This document shows, in pieces, positions 48,697-58,759 of a stretch of 64,000 nt of DNA. A program made the translations under genes and the position numbers. This DNA is from Bacilli bacterium (GTDB lineage: Bacteria > Bacillota_I > Bacilli_A > RF39 > UBA660): positions 48,385-112,384 of the forward strand of contig JAFXTH010000004.1 of NCBI GenBank assembly GCA_017525035.1. Direction: 5' to 3'. Below the pieces are notes generated by a model. That model searched no databases. It saw only the letters and a program-made list of their open reading frames with translations, and was not told where the DNA came from. Position 1 is the first letter of the stretch; each line of letters opens with the position of its first letter.

Positions 48697-50115
48697 ATGA
48701 AAAAACATAATTTGTTTAAAGTAGTTATGATAGTTTTACTTGTTTTGGTATTAGTATCTTGGTTCTTACCAGTATATAACATATCAAATGCAGGTACAGA
48801 ATTTGAATCTGGAGATAATATTCGTGTTGGATTCTTTGCTTTAATATCTTTTATTGCTATTGCATTGCAGTATTTTAGCCATATTGCTATGTATATATTG
48901 GCTATTGGAGCATTATATGGTGTTCTATATAAAGTTCCAGTTTATAGAAAACTATTAGATAAGATAGTATCAGGATTCAAAGGATACGAATTATTATTTA
49001 TGGGAATAGTAATGGCTATTGTAACAGTATTAACTTCAATGGTAGGATTATCTTTACCAATACTTGCATTTTTCCCACTTATCATATCTGTAATCTTAAT
49101 GATGGGATACGATAAAGTAACTGCAGCTATGGTAACAGTTGGATCTGTTTCTGCTGGAATGATTGGAACAGTTTTCTCAGCAAATGCAGTTTCAGGAATA
49201 TCTACTTTATTAGAAGTTCCTGCGAATACAGAAGTACTTAGCAAGATTATCTTATTATTAGTATCTTTTGCTATAGTATTCTTAAATGTATTCCTATATT
49301 CAAGAAAACATCGTAAGAAAGAAGTTGTTGTTGAGGCATATTTAGTACCTGAAGAAACAACTACAAAGAAGCCAGTATGGCCATTAGTTGTAATATTAGA
49401 TGTAGTATTAATAGTTCTAGGATTAGCATTCTTCTCTTGGGAACTATTCAATGTTACATTCTTCAAAGATATTACTAATAGTTTAATAAGTGCAGATGGT
49501 GGAAATATAACAAAAGGATTCCTAACTGCATTAAATGCACTTCTTGGTGTAAGTAGTGATGTTGAATTTGGTAAATGGACTTTGATTGAAGGTACTGCAT
49601 TACTAATACTTGCAAGTGGTTTAATTGGATTTGTTTACAGACAAAAATTTGATGAATGGCTAAAGAATATGGCAGAAGGTGCTAAAAAGGCATTAAAACC
49701 TGCTTTACTAGTTATTTTAATATATGCTGTTTTGGTATTTACTACAAACGTACCAATCTACTATACATTAACTAATTGGTTTATGTCATTAAACGGAGAA
49801 TTACATGTATTTATAATGATGATTGTTGCAATTATCTTCATAATCTTAGGTGTAGATGCTTACTATGGATTAAGAGCTGGTCAAGGTTACTTAGCATCAA
49901 TCCTTGCAGTAGATGCTTCTAAAAATGTAATTATTGCATTAATTTGGCAAGCTATGTATGGATTCACAATGTTAATATCACCAACTAGCGTAGTATTAAT
50001 GGTTTCATTAGGATATTTAAATTTATCTTATGGAAAATGGATGAAATCTATTTGGCCATTGATATTAGAATTGCTTGCAGCATCAACAATTCTTCTATAT
50101 ATATTTGCAAGATAA
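48697..50115 (+). CDS. YfcC-family (AbgT/DcuC superfamily) putative transporter.
   Basis: Polytopic membrane protein. PILAFFPLIISVILMMGYDKVTAAMVTVGSV resembles the E. coli YfcC block APLMVRLGYDSITTVLVTYIATQIG. Confidence 0.5.
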   Translation: MKKHNLFKVVMIVLLVLVLVSWFLPVYNISNAGTEFESGDNIRVGFFALISFIAIALQYFSHIAMYILAIGALYGVLYKVPVYRKLLDKIVSGFKGYELLFMGIVMAIVTVLTSMVGLSLPILAFFPLIISVILMMGYDKVTAAMVTVGSVSAGMIGTVFSANAVSGISTLLEVPANTEVLSKIILLLVSFAIVFLNVFLYSRKHRKKEVVVEAYLVPEETTTKKPVWPLVVILDVVLIVLGLAFFSWELFNVTFFKDITNSLISADGGNITKGFLTALNALLGVSSDVEFGKWTLIEGTALLILASGLIGFVYRQKFDEWLKNMAEGAKKALKPALLVILIYAVLVFTTNVPIYYTLTNWFMSLNGELHVFIMMIVAIIFIILGVDAYYGLRAGQGYLASILAVDASKNVIIALIWQAMYGFTMLISPTSVVLMVSLGYLNLSYGKWMKSIWPLILELLAASTILLYIFAR

Positions 50116-50141
50116 AGAAACTTTTAAAAGTTTCTTTTTTT
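50114..50141 (+). terminator. Intrinsic terminator (24-bp perfect palindrome AAAGAAACTTTTAAAAGTTTCTTT plus TTTTG).
   Basis: Read directly from the sequence. Confidence 0.6.
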
Positions 50142-50199
50142 GTATATTTATTGAAATCTTCCTTCATTATGTTCATAAGATTGTATGAAGGGAGATTTT

Positions 50200-52179
50200 A
50201 TGTTTTCTACTTTTACAAATGAATTAAAAAAGCATCTTTATAATGCCAAAAAAGAAATGAATGAATTAAAACATTCATATATCGGGTCTGAGCATTTTAT
50301 TCTAGCTGTGCTAAAGGATAGTAATAATCTGTCTAGAATATTAAATAATTATGGAATAACATATGATAGATTTAGAAAATCAGTAATTGATTTGGTAGGT
50401 ATTGGTAACTCTAATGAATCTTTGTTTATATATACACCTCTTTTTAAGAAGGTTTTGGAAGATGCTATACAAATTGCCAAGAATAATAATTTAGATGTTT
50501 CAATGGAAAATGTTTTTTTATCTATAATGGATGAGGCTGAAGGAGTAGCATACCGTATTTTCTGCGATTATCTAATTGATATTGATTCTTTATATGATGA
50601 AGTTGATGATTTAAATGTTTCTTTTATACCTAAGAATAGGTATATTGATGAAGTAGGAATTGATTTATGTAAGAAAGCTATCAATGATGATGTTGATCCG
50701 GTAATAGGAAGAGAGAAAGAAACAGATAGGCTAATTGAGATAATATGTCGAAGAACCAAAAGGAACCCCTTGCTAATAGGCGAAGCAGGTGTTGGCAAAA
50801 CATCTATTGTTGAAGAATTTGCAAGAAGGTTGGCTTTTAAAGAAGTCCCACAAAAACTACAAAATAAAAGGGTAGTAAGTATATCTATGGCTAGTTTGGT
50901 AGCAGGTACAAAATACCGTGGAGAATTTGAAGAGAAGGTATTAAAGATATTTGATGATTTAGAAAAAAGCGATGATGTAATTGTGTTTATTGACGAAATA
51001 CATACATTAGTCGGAGCAGGTGGTGCTGATGGAGCAATCGATGCGAGTAATATCTTGAAACCAGCTTTAGCAAGAGGAAAAGTAATTGTTATCGGTGCCA
51101 CAACAACCAAAGAATATAACAAGTATATTGAAGATGATAAGGCACTAAGTAGAAGGTTTCAAACAATAATGGTGGAAGAACCAAAAGAAAAAGAATTATT
51201 TAACATATTAAACAAATTAAAAACTAAATACGAAGAATATCATAATGTTTCAATAAGCACGTCAATTCTTAAATATATAATTAAACTGTCAAAAATATAT
51301 TTGCCATATAGAAAAGAGCCAGACAAATCTATAGATATATTAGATGAAGCTTGTTCTAAAATATCTATCGGCAAAGATAAAGAAACAATTAAAAAATCAA
51401 ATTACTTAAAAAGAATTGCTAAAATAAACATAATGAAAAGTAATATGCTGATGTTAAATAAATATGCTGAGTTAATAAAACTAAGAAACGAGGAGAGAAA
51501 ATTATTATCTAATATTAATAAAATAGATTTAAAAATTATGACTAATAATAGACGAAAAAAACTAACTAAGGAATCAATTGATGATGTTATTTCTTTAAGG
51601 AGCAATATTACATTGTATAATAGTTTGAATACCAAAAGTGTATTATCAACACTAAAAAAAGAACTTAAAGCCAGGTTTACTGGTCAAAATGATGCAATTA
51701 ATAAGTTGATTGAGCAAACAAAAGAGTATATAAATATCAACAAACATGACAAATTACTATATTTTACATTTAATGGTAATGATTGTGAGTATATGAATTC
51801 TTTTGCCAAACTATATGGAAAGATTTTACTTGATGATCGTACTACTGTAATTGACTTAGAATCATATAGATCTATTGATACTTTCATTATGAATAACAAA
51901 TCCTTGATTGAAAACTTAAAAGAATATCCACAATCTTTGTTGATATTTAATAATCTAGATAATGCTATTTATGATATTAAAGATTATATAAACAAAATTA
52001 TTAAAGATGGCAAAATAGAATTAGAAAAAGATACTGTTTATATTAATCACTTAATTGTCATAAATATAGAAAAGAAAAAAGAATCTAATTTAGGTTTTAA
52101 TAACTTTAATAAGATAGATAGTAATACTTTAAATGTAATACATTTTAATAAAGAAGAAAAAGAACATATTGTGATATAA
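50200..52179 (+). CDS. ClpC/ClpE-like AAA+ protein with an intact first ATPase domain (D1) and a degenerate, truncated second domain (D2).
   Basis: It has Clp-N-like repeats, D1 Walker A GEAGVGKTS, Walker B VIVFIDEIH and sensor-2 PDKSIDILDEA. In the D2 region the Walker A is lost (YFTFNGNDCEYMNSF where LxGPxGVGKT is expected). The C-terminal domain is missing; the product is 660 aa against about 810 for ClpC. Confidence 0.6.
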   Translation: MFSTFTNELKKHLYNAKKEMNELKHSYIGSEHFILAVLKDSNNLSRILNNYGITYDRFRKSVIDLVGIGNSNESLFIYTPLFKKVLEDAIQIAKNNNLDVSMENVFLSIMDEAEGVAYRIFCDYLIDIDSLYDEVDDLNVSFIPKNRYIDEVGIDLCKKAINDDVDPVIGREKETDRLIEIICRRTKRNPLLIGEAGVGKTSIVEEFARRLAFKEVPQKLQNKRVVSISMASLVAGTKYRGEFEEKVLKIFDDLEKSDDVIVFIDEIHTLVGAGGADGAIDASNILKPALARGKVIVIGATTTKEYNKYIEDDKALSRRFQTIMVEEPKEKELFNILNKLKTKYEEYHNVSISTSILKYIIKLSKIYLPYRKEPDKSIDILDEACSKISIGKDKETIKKSNYLKRIAKINIMKSNMLMLNKYAELIKLRNEERKLLSNINKIDLKIMTNNRRKKLTKESIDDVISLRSNITLYNSLNTKSVLSTLKKELKARFTGQNDAINKLIEQTKEYININKHDKLLYFTFNGNDCEYMNSFAKLYGKILLDDRTTVIDLESYRSIDTFIMNNKSLIENLKEYPQSLLIFNNLDNAIYDIKDYINKIIKDGKIELEKDTVYINHLIVINIEKKKESNLGFNNFNKIDSNTLNVIHFNKEEKEHIVI

Positions 52180-52199
52180 TCTTCTTAGGAGGACTTCTT

Positions 52200-53298
52200 A
52201 TGGAACTTTATGAACTACGTAAAAATATATCTGCTGCAAATGATGAAGTAGCAGACTTATGGAGGTTACTTTGACATCGATAATAAGATTGTCAAAATTA
52301 ACAACTTAGAAAAAGAAATGTCTCTTCCTAATTTTTGGGATGATCAAGAAAGAAGCTCAAGTATTATTAATGAACTTAATGATTTGAAATCCATTGTTAA
52401 AGATATAACAACACTAGATAAAGAAGTTAAAGACTTGAACACTGTTGTTGAAGATGAACTAGATGATGAAACCAGTTTGTTAATTGAAGAAGAATACAAT
52501 GATACTAATGAGAGATTAGAAAAACTTAAATTATTACTTTTATTAAGTGATGATTATGATAAAAATGATTGTATATTTGAAATACATTCTGGTGCAGGTG
52601 GAACTGAAGCTTGTGACTGGGCTAACATGATTTATCGAATGTATACAAGATGGTGTGATAAAAAAGGTTACAAGTATACGCTAATTGATTACCAAGAAGG
52701 TGATGAAGTTGGTATTAAAAGTGTATCAATAGAAGTAAAAGGTATGTATGCTTATGGATATTTAAAATGTGAGAAAGGTATTCATAGACTTGTAAGATTA
52801 TCACCTTTTGATGCTAATCATAAAAGACATACATCTTTCGCATCTGTTTTAGTAACACCAATTATTGAAGACTCAAATGATATTGTAATTAATGATAAAG
52901 ATTTAAAAATAGATGTTTATAGATCAAGTGGTAATGGTGGGCAAGGGGTAAATACTACTGATTCAGCAGTTAGAATTACCCATTTACCAACAAAGATTGT
53001 AGTAACATGCCAAAATGAAAGAAGCCAATTACAAAACAAAGAACAAGCAATGAAAATATTAAGAAATAAACTTAAGGTTCTTGAAGTAGAAAAGAAGAAT
53101 ATGGAAATGGAAGAAATAAAAGGAGAACAAATGAATATTGAGTTTGGCTCTCAAATTAGAAGTTACGTAATGCATCCATATTCAATGGTAAAAGACCATA
53201 GAACTAAATGTGAAACAAGTAATGTTTTGGGTGTTCTTGATGGCGATATAGATATGTTTATTGAATCAAAACTTAAAGATAATAACCAAAAAGAGTAG
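52200..53298 (+). CDS. prfB: Peptide chain release factor 2, with a programmed +1 ribosomal frameshift at CTT TGA C (52269-52275).
   Basis: Frame 0 reads MELYELRKNISAANDEVADLWRLL then UGA. An internal SD, GGAGG, lies 3 nt before CUU UGA C. The +1 frame continues as DIDNKIVKINNLEKEMSLPNFWDD..., contains the SPF motif (RLSPFD) and GGQ (SSGNGGQGVNTTDSAVR), and reaches the stop at 53298. Confidence 0.9.
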
Positions 53299-53319
53299 AA
53301 GAATACTCTTTTCTTTTTT
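53290..53319 (+). terminator. Intrinsic terminator after prfB (AAGAGTA-gaagaa-TACTCTT plus TTTCTTTTTTT).
   Basis: Read directly from the sequence. Confidence 0.6.
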
Positions 53320-53419
53320 TGTTTACACATAAATGACTATTTTTCTCTATTTTACTGATATTTCATAGATTTTAACTTGTATATATGTTATAATTTTACG
53401 TAGAATAGAGGTGATTTTA

Positions 53420-54121
53420 TTGGCTGAGTTAATTACATTAACAGGAGTTAATAAAAAATATAAAAATGGAGTTACTGCTATTTATGACTTAGATTTATCA
53501 ATCAAAAAAGGTGAATTCGTTTTTATTATAGGTGGGTCTGGTAGTGGTAAATCTACTCTTATAAAGATGCTTTATAGAGAAGAAAAACCTAATAAAGGTG
53601 AAATCTCTATAGGTGGTATTAATGTTGCAAAATTAAGAAATAGTAAAGTATATAAATTAAGAAGAAGATTAGGAATTGTATTCCAAGATTATAGACTTCT
53701 TCCTAAATTAACAGTTTATGAAAACGTTGCCTTTGCACTTGAAGTTATTGGTACTAAAAGTAATGAAATTAGAATTAAAACATTAAGGGCACTAGAGCTA
53801 GTTGGATTAAAAGGAAAGATAAGAAACTATCCTGATGAGTTATCTGGAGGAGAACAACAAAGAGTTGCAATAGCAAGAGCTATAGTAAATAATCCTAAAT
53901 TAATTCTTTGTGATGAGCCTACTGGAAACTTGGATCCTAAAATGAGTTTAGAAGTTGTTAAAGTACTAGAAGATATTAATAAAACTACAGGTGCTACTAT
54001 TATAATGGCAACACATGATAAAGAAATTGTTAATAAATTTAAAAAGCGTGTTGTTGCTATTAAACAAGGTAGAATTGTAAAAGATTATGAAGAAGGGAAG
54101 TACGATAATGAATCTATTTAG
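53420..54121 (+). CDS. ftsE: Cell division ATP-binding protein FtsE.
   Basis: It has ABC ATPase motifs (GGSGSGKSTL, LSGGEQQRVAIARA). A TTG start at 53420 follows AGAGGTGA; the track's GTG at 53411 is a possible alternative. Confidence 0.85.
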   Translation: MAELITLTGVNKKYKNGVTAIYDLDLSIKKGEFVFIIGGSGSGKSTLIKMLYREEKPNKGEISIGGINVAKLRNSKVYKLRRRLGIVFQDYRLLPKLTVYENVAFALEVIGTKSNEIRIKTLRALELVGLKGKIRNYPDELSGGEQQRVAIARAIVNNPKLILCDEPTGNLDPKMSLEVVKVLEDINKTTGATIIMATHDKEIVNKFKKRVVAIKQGRIVKDYEEGKYDNESI

Positions 54122-55013
54122 AATGATTAGGTATGGTGTACGTGATGCCTTTAAAAGCGTACGAAGAAATCTTTCTTTATCTCTTGCTTCTGTATCTTGT
54201 ATAAGCATTACATTAATAGTTGTTGCACTTGCACTTCTAGTAGCATTCAATGTAGAAAACTTTTCACAAAAAGCTGGAGATAACGTAACAATTGTTACAT
54301 ATTTGCAACTTGGTGCTACAGAAGATGATATAACAGCTTTTGAAACAGAGTTAAAGGGAATGGATAACATTGTTCAAGAATGGACAAAACAAACTCCAGA
54401 GGAAAGAAAACAAAGTCTTATTGAAGAAGAGGAACTACTAAGTAATATCGGATCTACAATAGAAAATCCAGAAGAAGTATTTCATTATAGATACGATTTA
54501 AAAGTAGAAGATGTAGCAAAAATTGAAGATACAAAAAATGCCCTTAAGGCACTAGATGTAGTTGATACTGCTGAATATGGTGATGATACGGTAACTCGTA
54601 TGATTGATTTATTTAATATTGCTGGTAGAGTAGCAACTATAGTAGCAGTTATATTGATAATTGTTACAGTATTCTTGATTGTTAACACAATAAAATTAAC
54701 AATTTTCTCTAGAAAAAGAGAAATATCAATAATGAGAGTTGTTGGAGCAAGCAACATGACAATAAAAAATCCATTCATAATAGAAGGGTTCTTAATTGGA
54801 TTAATGGGATCAATAGTTCCTGTGCTTGCAACAATATTTGGATATAGAGCATTCTATGATAAGTTAGATGATGGTCATTTTATGACATTTTGGTTAGAAT
54901 TCTTAAATCCAACTCCATTCATTTATTTCGTTTCATTAATCATAGTTATTATTGGTGTTACTGTAGGTATGATTGGTAGTAGTAGAGCAGTAAGGAAGTA
55001 TTTAAAAGTATGA
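54108..55013 (+). CDS. ftsX: Cell division permease FtsX.
   Basis: It has four TM segments and a large extracellular loop, and lies downstream of ftsE, overlapping it. Confidence 0.85.
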   Translation: MNLFRMIRYGVRDAFKSVRRNLSLSLASVSCISITLIVVALALLVAFNVENFSQKAGDNVTIVTYLQLGATEDDITAFETELKGMDNIVQEWTKQTPEERKQSLIEEEELLSNIGSTIENPEEVFHYRYDLKVEDVAKIEDTKNALKALDVVDTAEYGDDTVTRMIDLFNIAGRVATIVAVILIIVTVFLIVNTIKLTIFSRKREISIMRVVGASNMTIKNPFIIEGFLIGLMGSIVPVLATIFGYRAFYDKLDDGHFMTFWLEFLNPTPFIYFVSLIIVIIGVTVGMIGSSRAVRKYLKV

Positions 55014-56236
55014 TGAAGATAGCTAAGAGATTTTTAGTTGTTTCTATCATTGTGGGTTTGTTCTACTCATCATTTAGCAACGTTAATAATGTATATGCTG
55101 CAAATAATGTAACGTTAGGATACTATGAACAACAACTTGCAAATTATAAAAAGAAAGCTGAAGAGACACGAAAGGCAATTAATAAAACAGAAAGCGAGAT
55201 TAGATCTTCAGAAGGAAGAATTGAAAATTTAAAAAATGAAACTGCAACACTATCAAATGAAATTAAAAAATTAAATGAGGAAATAGAAAATTATAAAAAG
55301 AGCATTGAAGAAAAATTAAGCCAATCAAGACAAGTTTTGGAATATATGCAATTATCTAATGACAGAAATGTTTATTTGGATTATGTATTTAAAGCTGATT
55401 CAATAACAGATTTGATAAATAGAAGTTATACAATTCAAGAATTAATGGATTATAACAATAGGACTGTTGGTGAGTTAGAACAAATAATTAAAGACAATGA
55501 AAAAAGACAAGCTGAAATAGATAAGCGTAAAGAAAAAATTAAACAAACTCAAACAGAACTTGAGCATAATATTGTTTCGCTTGGTGAAGAAAAAGCCGTT
55601 CTTACTACAGGTGGTGTTGATACAGCAAGCCAAATTAAGATGTATGAAGAACTTGTTAATGCATATAAAAAGCGTGGATGTAAAACAAATGATATAATTG
55701 GTGTAGACTGTGCTGTTCAAGGTGGAACAGGAATATTCAGAAGACCAACAACTACTGGATATATTACACAAGAGCAATATTATAATAATGCTAATAGTTA
55801 TCATAGAGCAGTTGATATTGGAAGTAAAAATGGAAGAAGAGAAAAGATTTATCCGATTGCTGATGGTACAATCGTAGCAAAATATACTGATATTTATGGA
55901 GCTTTAGTTTTAGCAATAGAACACTATAATATAACAGATGGTAAATGGTATACATCTTTATACGCTCATATGAGCAGTTATGCTCCTGGATTAAAAATAG
56001 GTAACAAAGTTACAAGTAATCAATATATTGGTTATATGGGTGATACTGGATATTCATTTGGTATCCACTTACATATGGAGGTAATTCCATGTAGACTTAA
56101 TAATCCAAGTGATAGAAACTGTTATTCATTAAATGCATATTTGAATTATGCTCCAAAAGTTATAAGAAATGGATTTAATTTAAGAAAATTAATTAGTTTC
56201 CCTAAAGGATTATATAATTCATGGTATTCAAGATAG
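55010..56236 (+). CDS. Coiled-coil M23 peptidase-domain protein (EnvC/PcsB-like partner of FtsEX).
   Basis: A signal peptide is followed by a long coiled coil. The C-terminal M23 motifs are HRAVDIG and GYMGDTGYSFGIHLHMEV. Confidence 0.75.
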   Translation: MMKIAKRFLVVSIIVGLFYSSFSNVNNVYAANNVTLGYYEQQLANYKKKAEETRKAINKTESEIRSSEGRIENLKNETATLSNEIKKLNEEIENYKKSIEEKLSQSRQVLEYMQLSNDRNVYLDYVFKADSITDLINRSYTIQELMDYNNRTVGELEQIIKDNEKRQAEIDKRKEKIKQTQTELEHNIVSLGEEKAVLTTGGVDTASQIKMYEELVNAYKKRGCKTNDIIGVDCAVQGGTGIFRRPTTTGYITQEQYYNNANSYHRAVDIGSKNGRREKIYPIADGTIVAKYTDIYGALVLAIEHYNITDGKWYTSLYAHMSSYAPGLKIGNKVTSNQYIGYMGDTGYSFGIHLHMEVIPCRLNNPSDRNCYSLNAYLNYAPKVIRNGFNLRKLISFPKGLYNSWYSR

Positions 56237-56256
56237 ACGAAAGTCTATCTTTTTTG
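56234..56256 (+). terminator. Intrinsic terminator (TAGAC-gaaa-GTCTA plus TCTTTTTTG).
   Basis: Read directly from the sequence. Confidence 0.55.
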
Positions 56257-56257
56257 T

Positions 56258-56283
56258 GCAAAAAAAATAAAGCTAATTAAGCT
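56258..56283 (-). terminator. Minus-strand terminator for the 56277-56747 gene (AAAGCU-uaauu-AGCUUU plus U8). The hairpin includes the stop codon.
   Basis: Read on the minus strand. The two terminators are convergent. Confidence 0.5.
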
Positions 56284-56747
56284 TTATTTCTTGCAAATAA
56301 CATTGGTATTTTTCTTATTCTTCTTTTTGCAGGTGCTTGTGGTTTTTCTGGCATTTGTGTTTGGCTCATTGATTTTAGTTCTTCAGAATCAAGTGTTCTT
56401 GTAACTATTACAATGTCATCAGCATACCAATAATCAACTATTCCTACTGTTTTTTCACCAAGCCCTTCACGTTTACTAATAAACAAGCTAACGTCTATAG
56501 TTCTATCACTAATAGATTTTCTTGCTACTGAAGTCACTTGCTTATTACTATTCTTTAACCTAAGATTTTCTGTAATTGTCATTTCCTCATTATTTTTTTC
56601 AAATGAAGAATTTTTAAGATCATATTTTACATAATCTTTTTTTCTTACTACAGCAGATAACAATCTAAAATCTTTAGCATATCTCTTTCCTATTGCTTTA
56701 TACATTCTTTTAGCGCCTTCGCTATTTAACTCTTCTTTGGTTAACAT
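56277..56747 (-). CDS. Hypothetical protein.
   Basis: 156-aa ORF, basic at both ends. No motif was recognised. Confidence 0.35.
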   Translation of the reverse strand: MLTKEELNSEGAKRMYKAIGKRYAKDFRLLSAVVRKKDYVKYDLKNSSFEKNNEEMTITENLRLKNSNKQVTSVARKSISDRTIDVSLFISKREGLGEKTVGIVDYWYADDIVIVTRTLDSEELKSMSQTQMPEKPQAPAKRRIRKIPMLFARNKA

Positions 56748-56803
56748 AATATACCCCTCTCAGACGAAGATATATTATATTACATTTTGCTTAATTTGTC
56801 AAT

Positions 56804-58258
56804 TTAGCGAGTGAAAATGTTATTATATTCATCAAATAATGTTGTATCCAATTTGAAATTAATCTTTTTATCTTTATCTTTATATATTCTTTTAACTAAC
56901 TCTACTAGTTTGTCTTTGTTTTCTTTTTCAAAATATTTAAAAGGTATTATAGTACCATGTGTTTTATCTTTAATTTTTAATTCCTTGTATGTTGGAAGTG
57001 GTGTTACTATTACTTTTGTATTTAATGATAATGCTTCTAGAATACAATATGGCATTGCCTCACTATCACTTAACAATACAAAGTAATCAGCATCATTTAT
57101 ATATGGCATTGGATTACTAGTTCTATGTCTATATACTAATCCACCTTTGTTTGTACCTTCATTAACGTCAGTAAATACATTCCATGTGTAAGGAATTTCT
57201 AATTCATCTAAAATATTTGCTAGTATTTCAATTCTTTCAGGGCATTTAATCTTTGATGATCTTTGTGCTGAAACAAGTTTTAGATGTGGCTTAACTGCTT
57301 CATTATCAATTTTAAATGGATTTAAAACATGATCTATTTTCTTTGTTGGAAAATAACCTTCCGCTTTTTTAGCAGTTATTTTAGATACTCCTATATATTT
57401 TGAATATATATCATTCTTATAATGCGCAGAGTTTGGATAATCACTCATATTACCATGAATAAACATATAGTTTTCTTCAAGTGCAAATATGTTCTTTGGA
57501 TAATGATAATCAGAGTAAGATACTAATAATCTATCACACATATAGTTAACTGTATATGATCTTTTAACACATCGTATTCCATAACTTTCAAATGATCTAG
57601 CCATTTTAGCATTTAAACTATCATACAACATAGTTATGTCATATTTTTTAGCGAAACATCTTCCAATATTTCTTACCCAGCTTATATAACCATTGAATGT
57701 ACCGTCGCAGTTTGTACTGAAATAAATAATATTTTTATAATATTCATTTCTTTTTATGTCAGTATACATAAAGTTATGAACTAATTTTTTTCCTTTAGGA
57801 TTGTGAAAGTAAATGATATCACCTATAGCAGTTCTTTTTTCAAATTCTTTCTCGATTATTTCATTAATGCCTTTATTTGTCTTAACATTTAAGATATTAA
57901 ATAGTTTATTTCTATTAAAGATAAAACTCCAAATATATTCTTCTGCATATGGATAAATATCTTTCAACTCTTTAGGGTCTGTTAAAACTTTCATATTGTT
58001 TTTATATTCGTAATCAATAATATAGTTAATAAAACAACAATCAAAGTCTTCTTTGATTTTTTCGGTTACTTTTTCTAAATATGTTTTATCAATTCTGTCT
58101 TCTTCTTTAATAAAAGTTATATACTTACAGTGTGTTTTTTCTACTAATTCTTTAATGTTTGATCCGTCTGAGTAGATAACTTGAATATTGTCGTTTAATT
58201 TAAAATCTTGTTCTTTTCCTAAAATTACTATTACTAAATCTTTCATTGTATACTCCAC
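56804..58258 (-). CDS. Putative glycosyltransferase (two-domain; the C-terminal part is GT1/GT4-like).
   Basis: In the 484-aa product, the C-terminal EALSLNTKVIVTPLP resembles the GT-B donor-binding E-x7-E region. The N-terminal half is not assigned. Confidence 0.35.
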   Translation of the reverse strand: MEYTMKDLVIVILGKEQDFKLNDNIQVIYSDGSNIKELVEKTHCKYITFIKEEDRIDKTYLEKVTEKIKEDFDCCFINYIIDYEYKNNMKVLTDPKELKDIYPYAEEYIWSFIFNRNKLFNILNVKTNKGINEIIEKEFEKRTAIGDIIYFHNPKGKKLVHNFMYTDIKRNEYYKNIIYFSTNCDGTFNGYISWVRNIGRCFAKKYDITMLYDSLNAKMARSFESYGIRCVKRSYTVNYMCDRLLVSYSDYHYPKNIFALEENYMFIHGNMSDYPNSAHYKNDIYSKYIGVSKITAKKAEGYFPTKKIDHVLNPFKIDNEAVKPHLKLVSAQRSSKIKCPERIEILANILDELEIPYTWNVFTDVNEGTNKGGLVYRHRTSNPMPYINDADYFVLLSDSEAMPYCILEALSLNTKVIVTPLPTYKELKIKDKTHGTIIPFKYFEKENKDKLVELVKRIYKDKDKKINFKLDTTLFDEYNNIFTR

Positions 58259-58327
58259 TTATTATATTTTTAATTATAACATTAATTACTATATATATGT
58301 TAAAATATTTTTGTAATAGGAGATAAA

Positions 58328-58660
58328 ATGAGAGATTATATGAAAGAATATATTGAAAAGATTGATAAAATAATTGATGAAAAGAAAATTAATAATAAAG
58401 AAGAATTGTTAAGCGAGCATTTAGTTAAAATTCAATTCTTTCAACATGAAAGATTAATTCACTTTTTAGTTACAATGCTATTTGCAATTATGTTTTTAAT
58501 GACATTCTTGTATTCGTTAAATAACTTTAATATTGGATTAATTATATTAAACATTTTATTGTTATGTTTATTGGTACCATATATATTTCATTATTACTAT
58601 TTAGAAAATAGTGTTCAATATATGTATAAGCAGTATGATATGTTAAAAAATAGTAAATAA
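58328..58660 (+). CDS. Small hypothetical membrane protein.
   Basis: 110-aa product with 2-3 TM segments. Confidence 0.3.
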   Translation: MRDYMKEYIEKIDKIIDEKKINNKEELLSEHLVKIQFFQHERLIHFLVTMLFAIMFLMTFLYSLNNFNIGLIILNILLLCLLVPYIFHYYYLENSVQYMYKQYDMLKNSK

Positions 58661-58759
58661 TTCTAAATTAATTGTACTTTGCTGTATCCAAAGCCCGGTA
58701 TTTCTTTACTTTTTGGCCTTTTTGTGGTATAATGTTACGTAATCAAGGGGGTATAGTGT

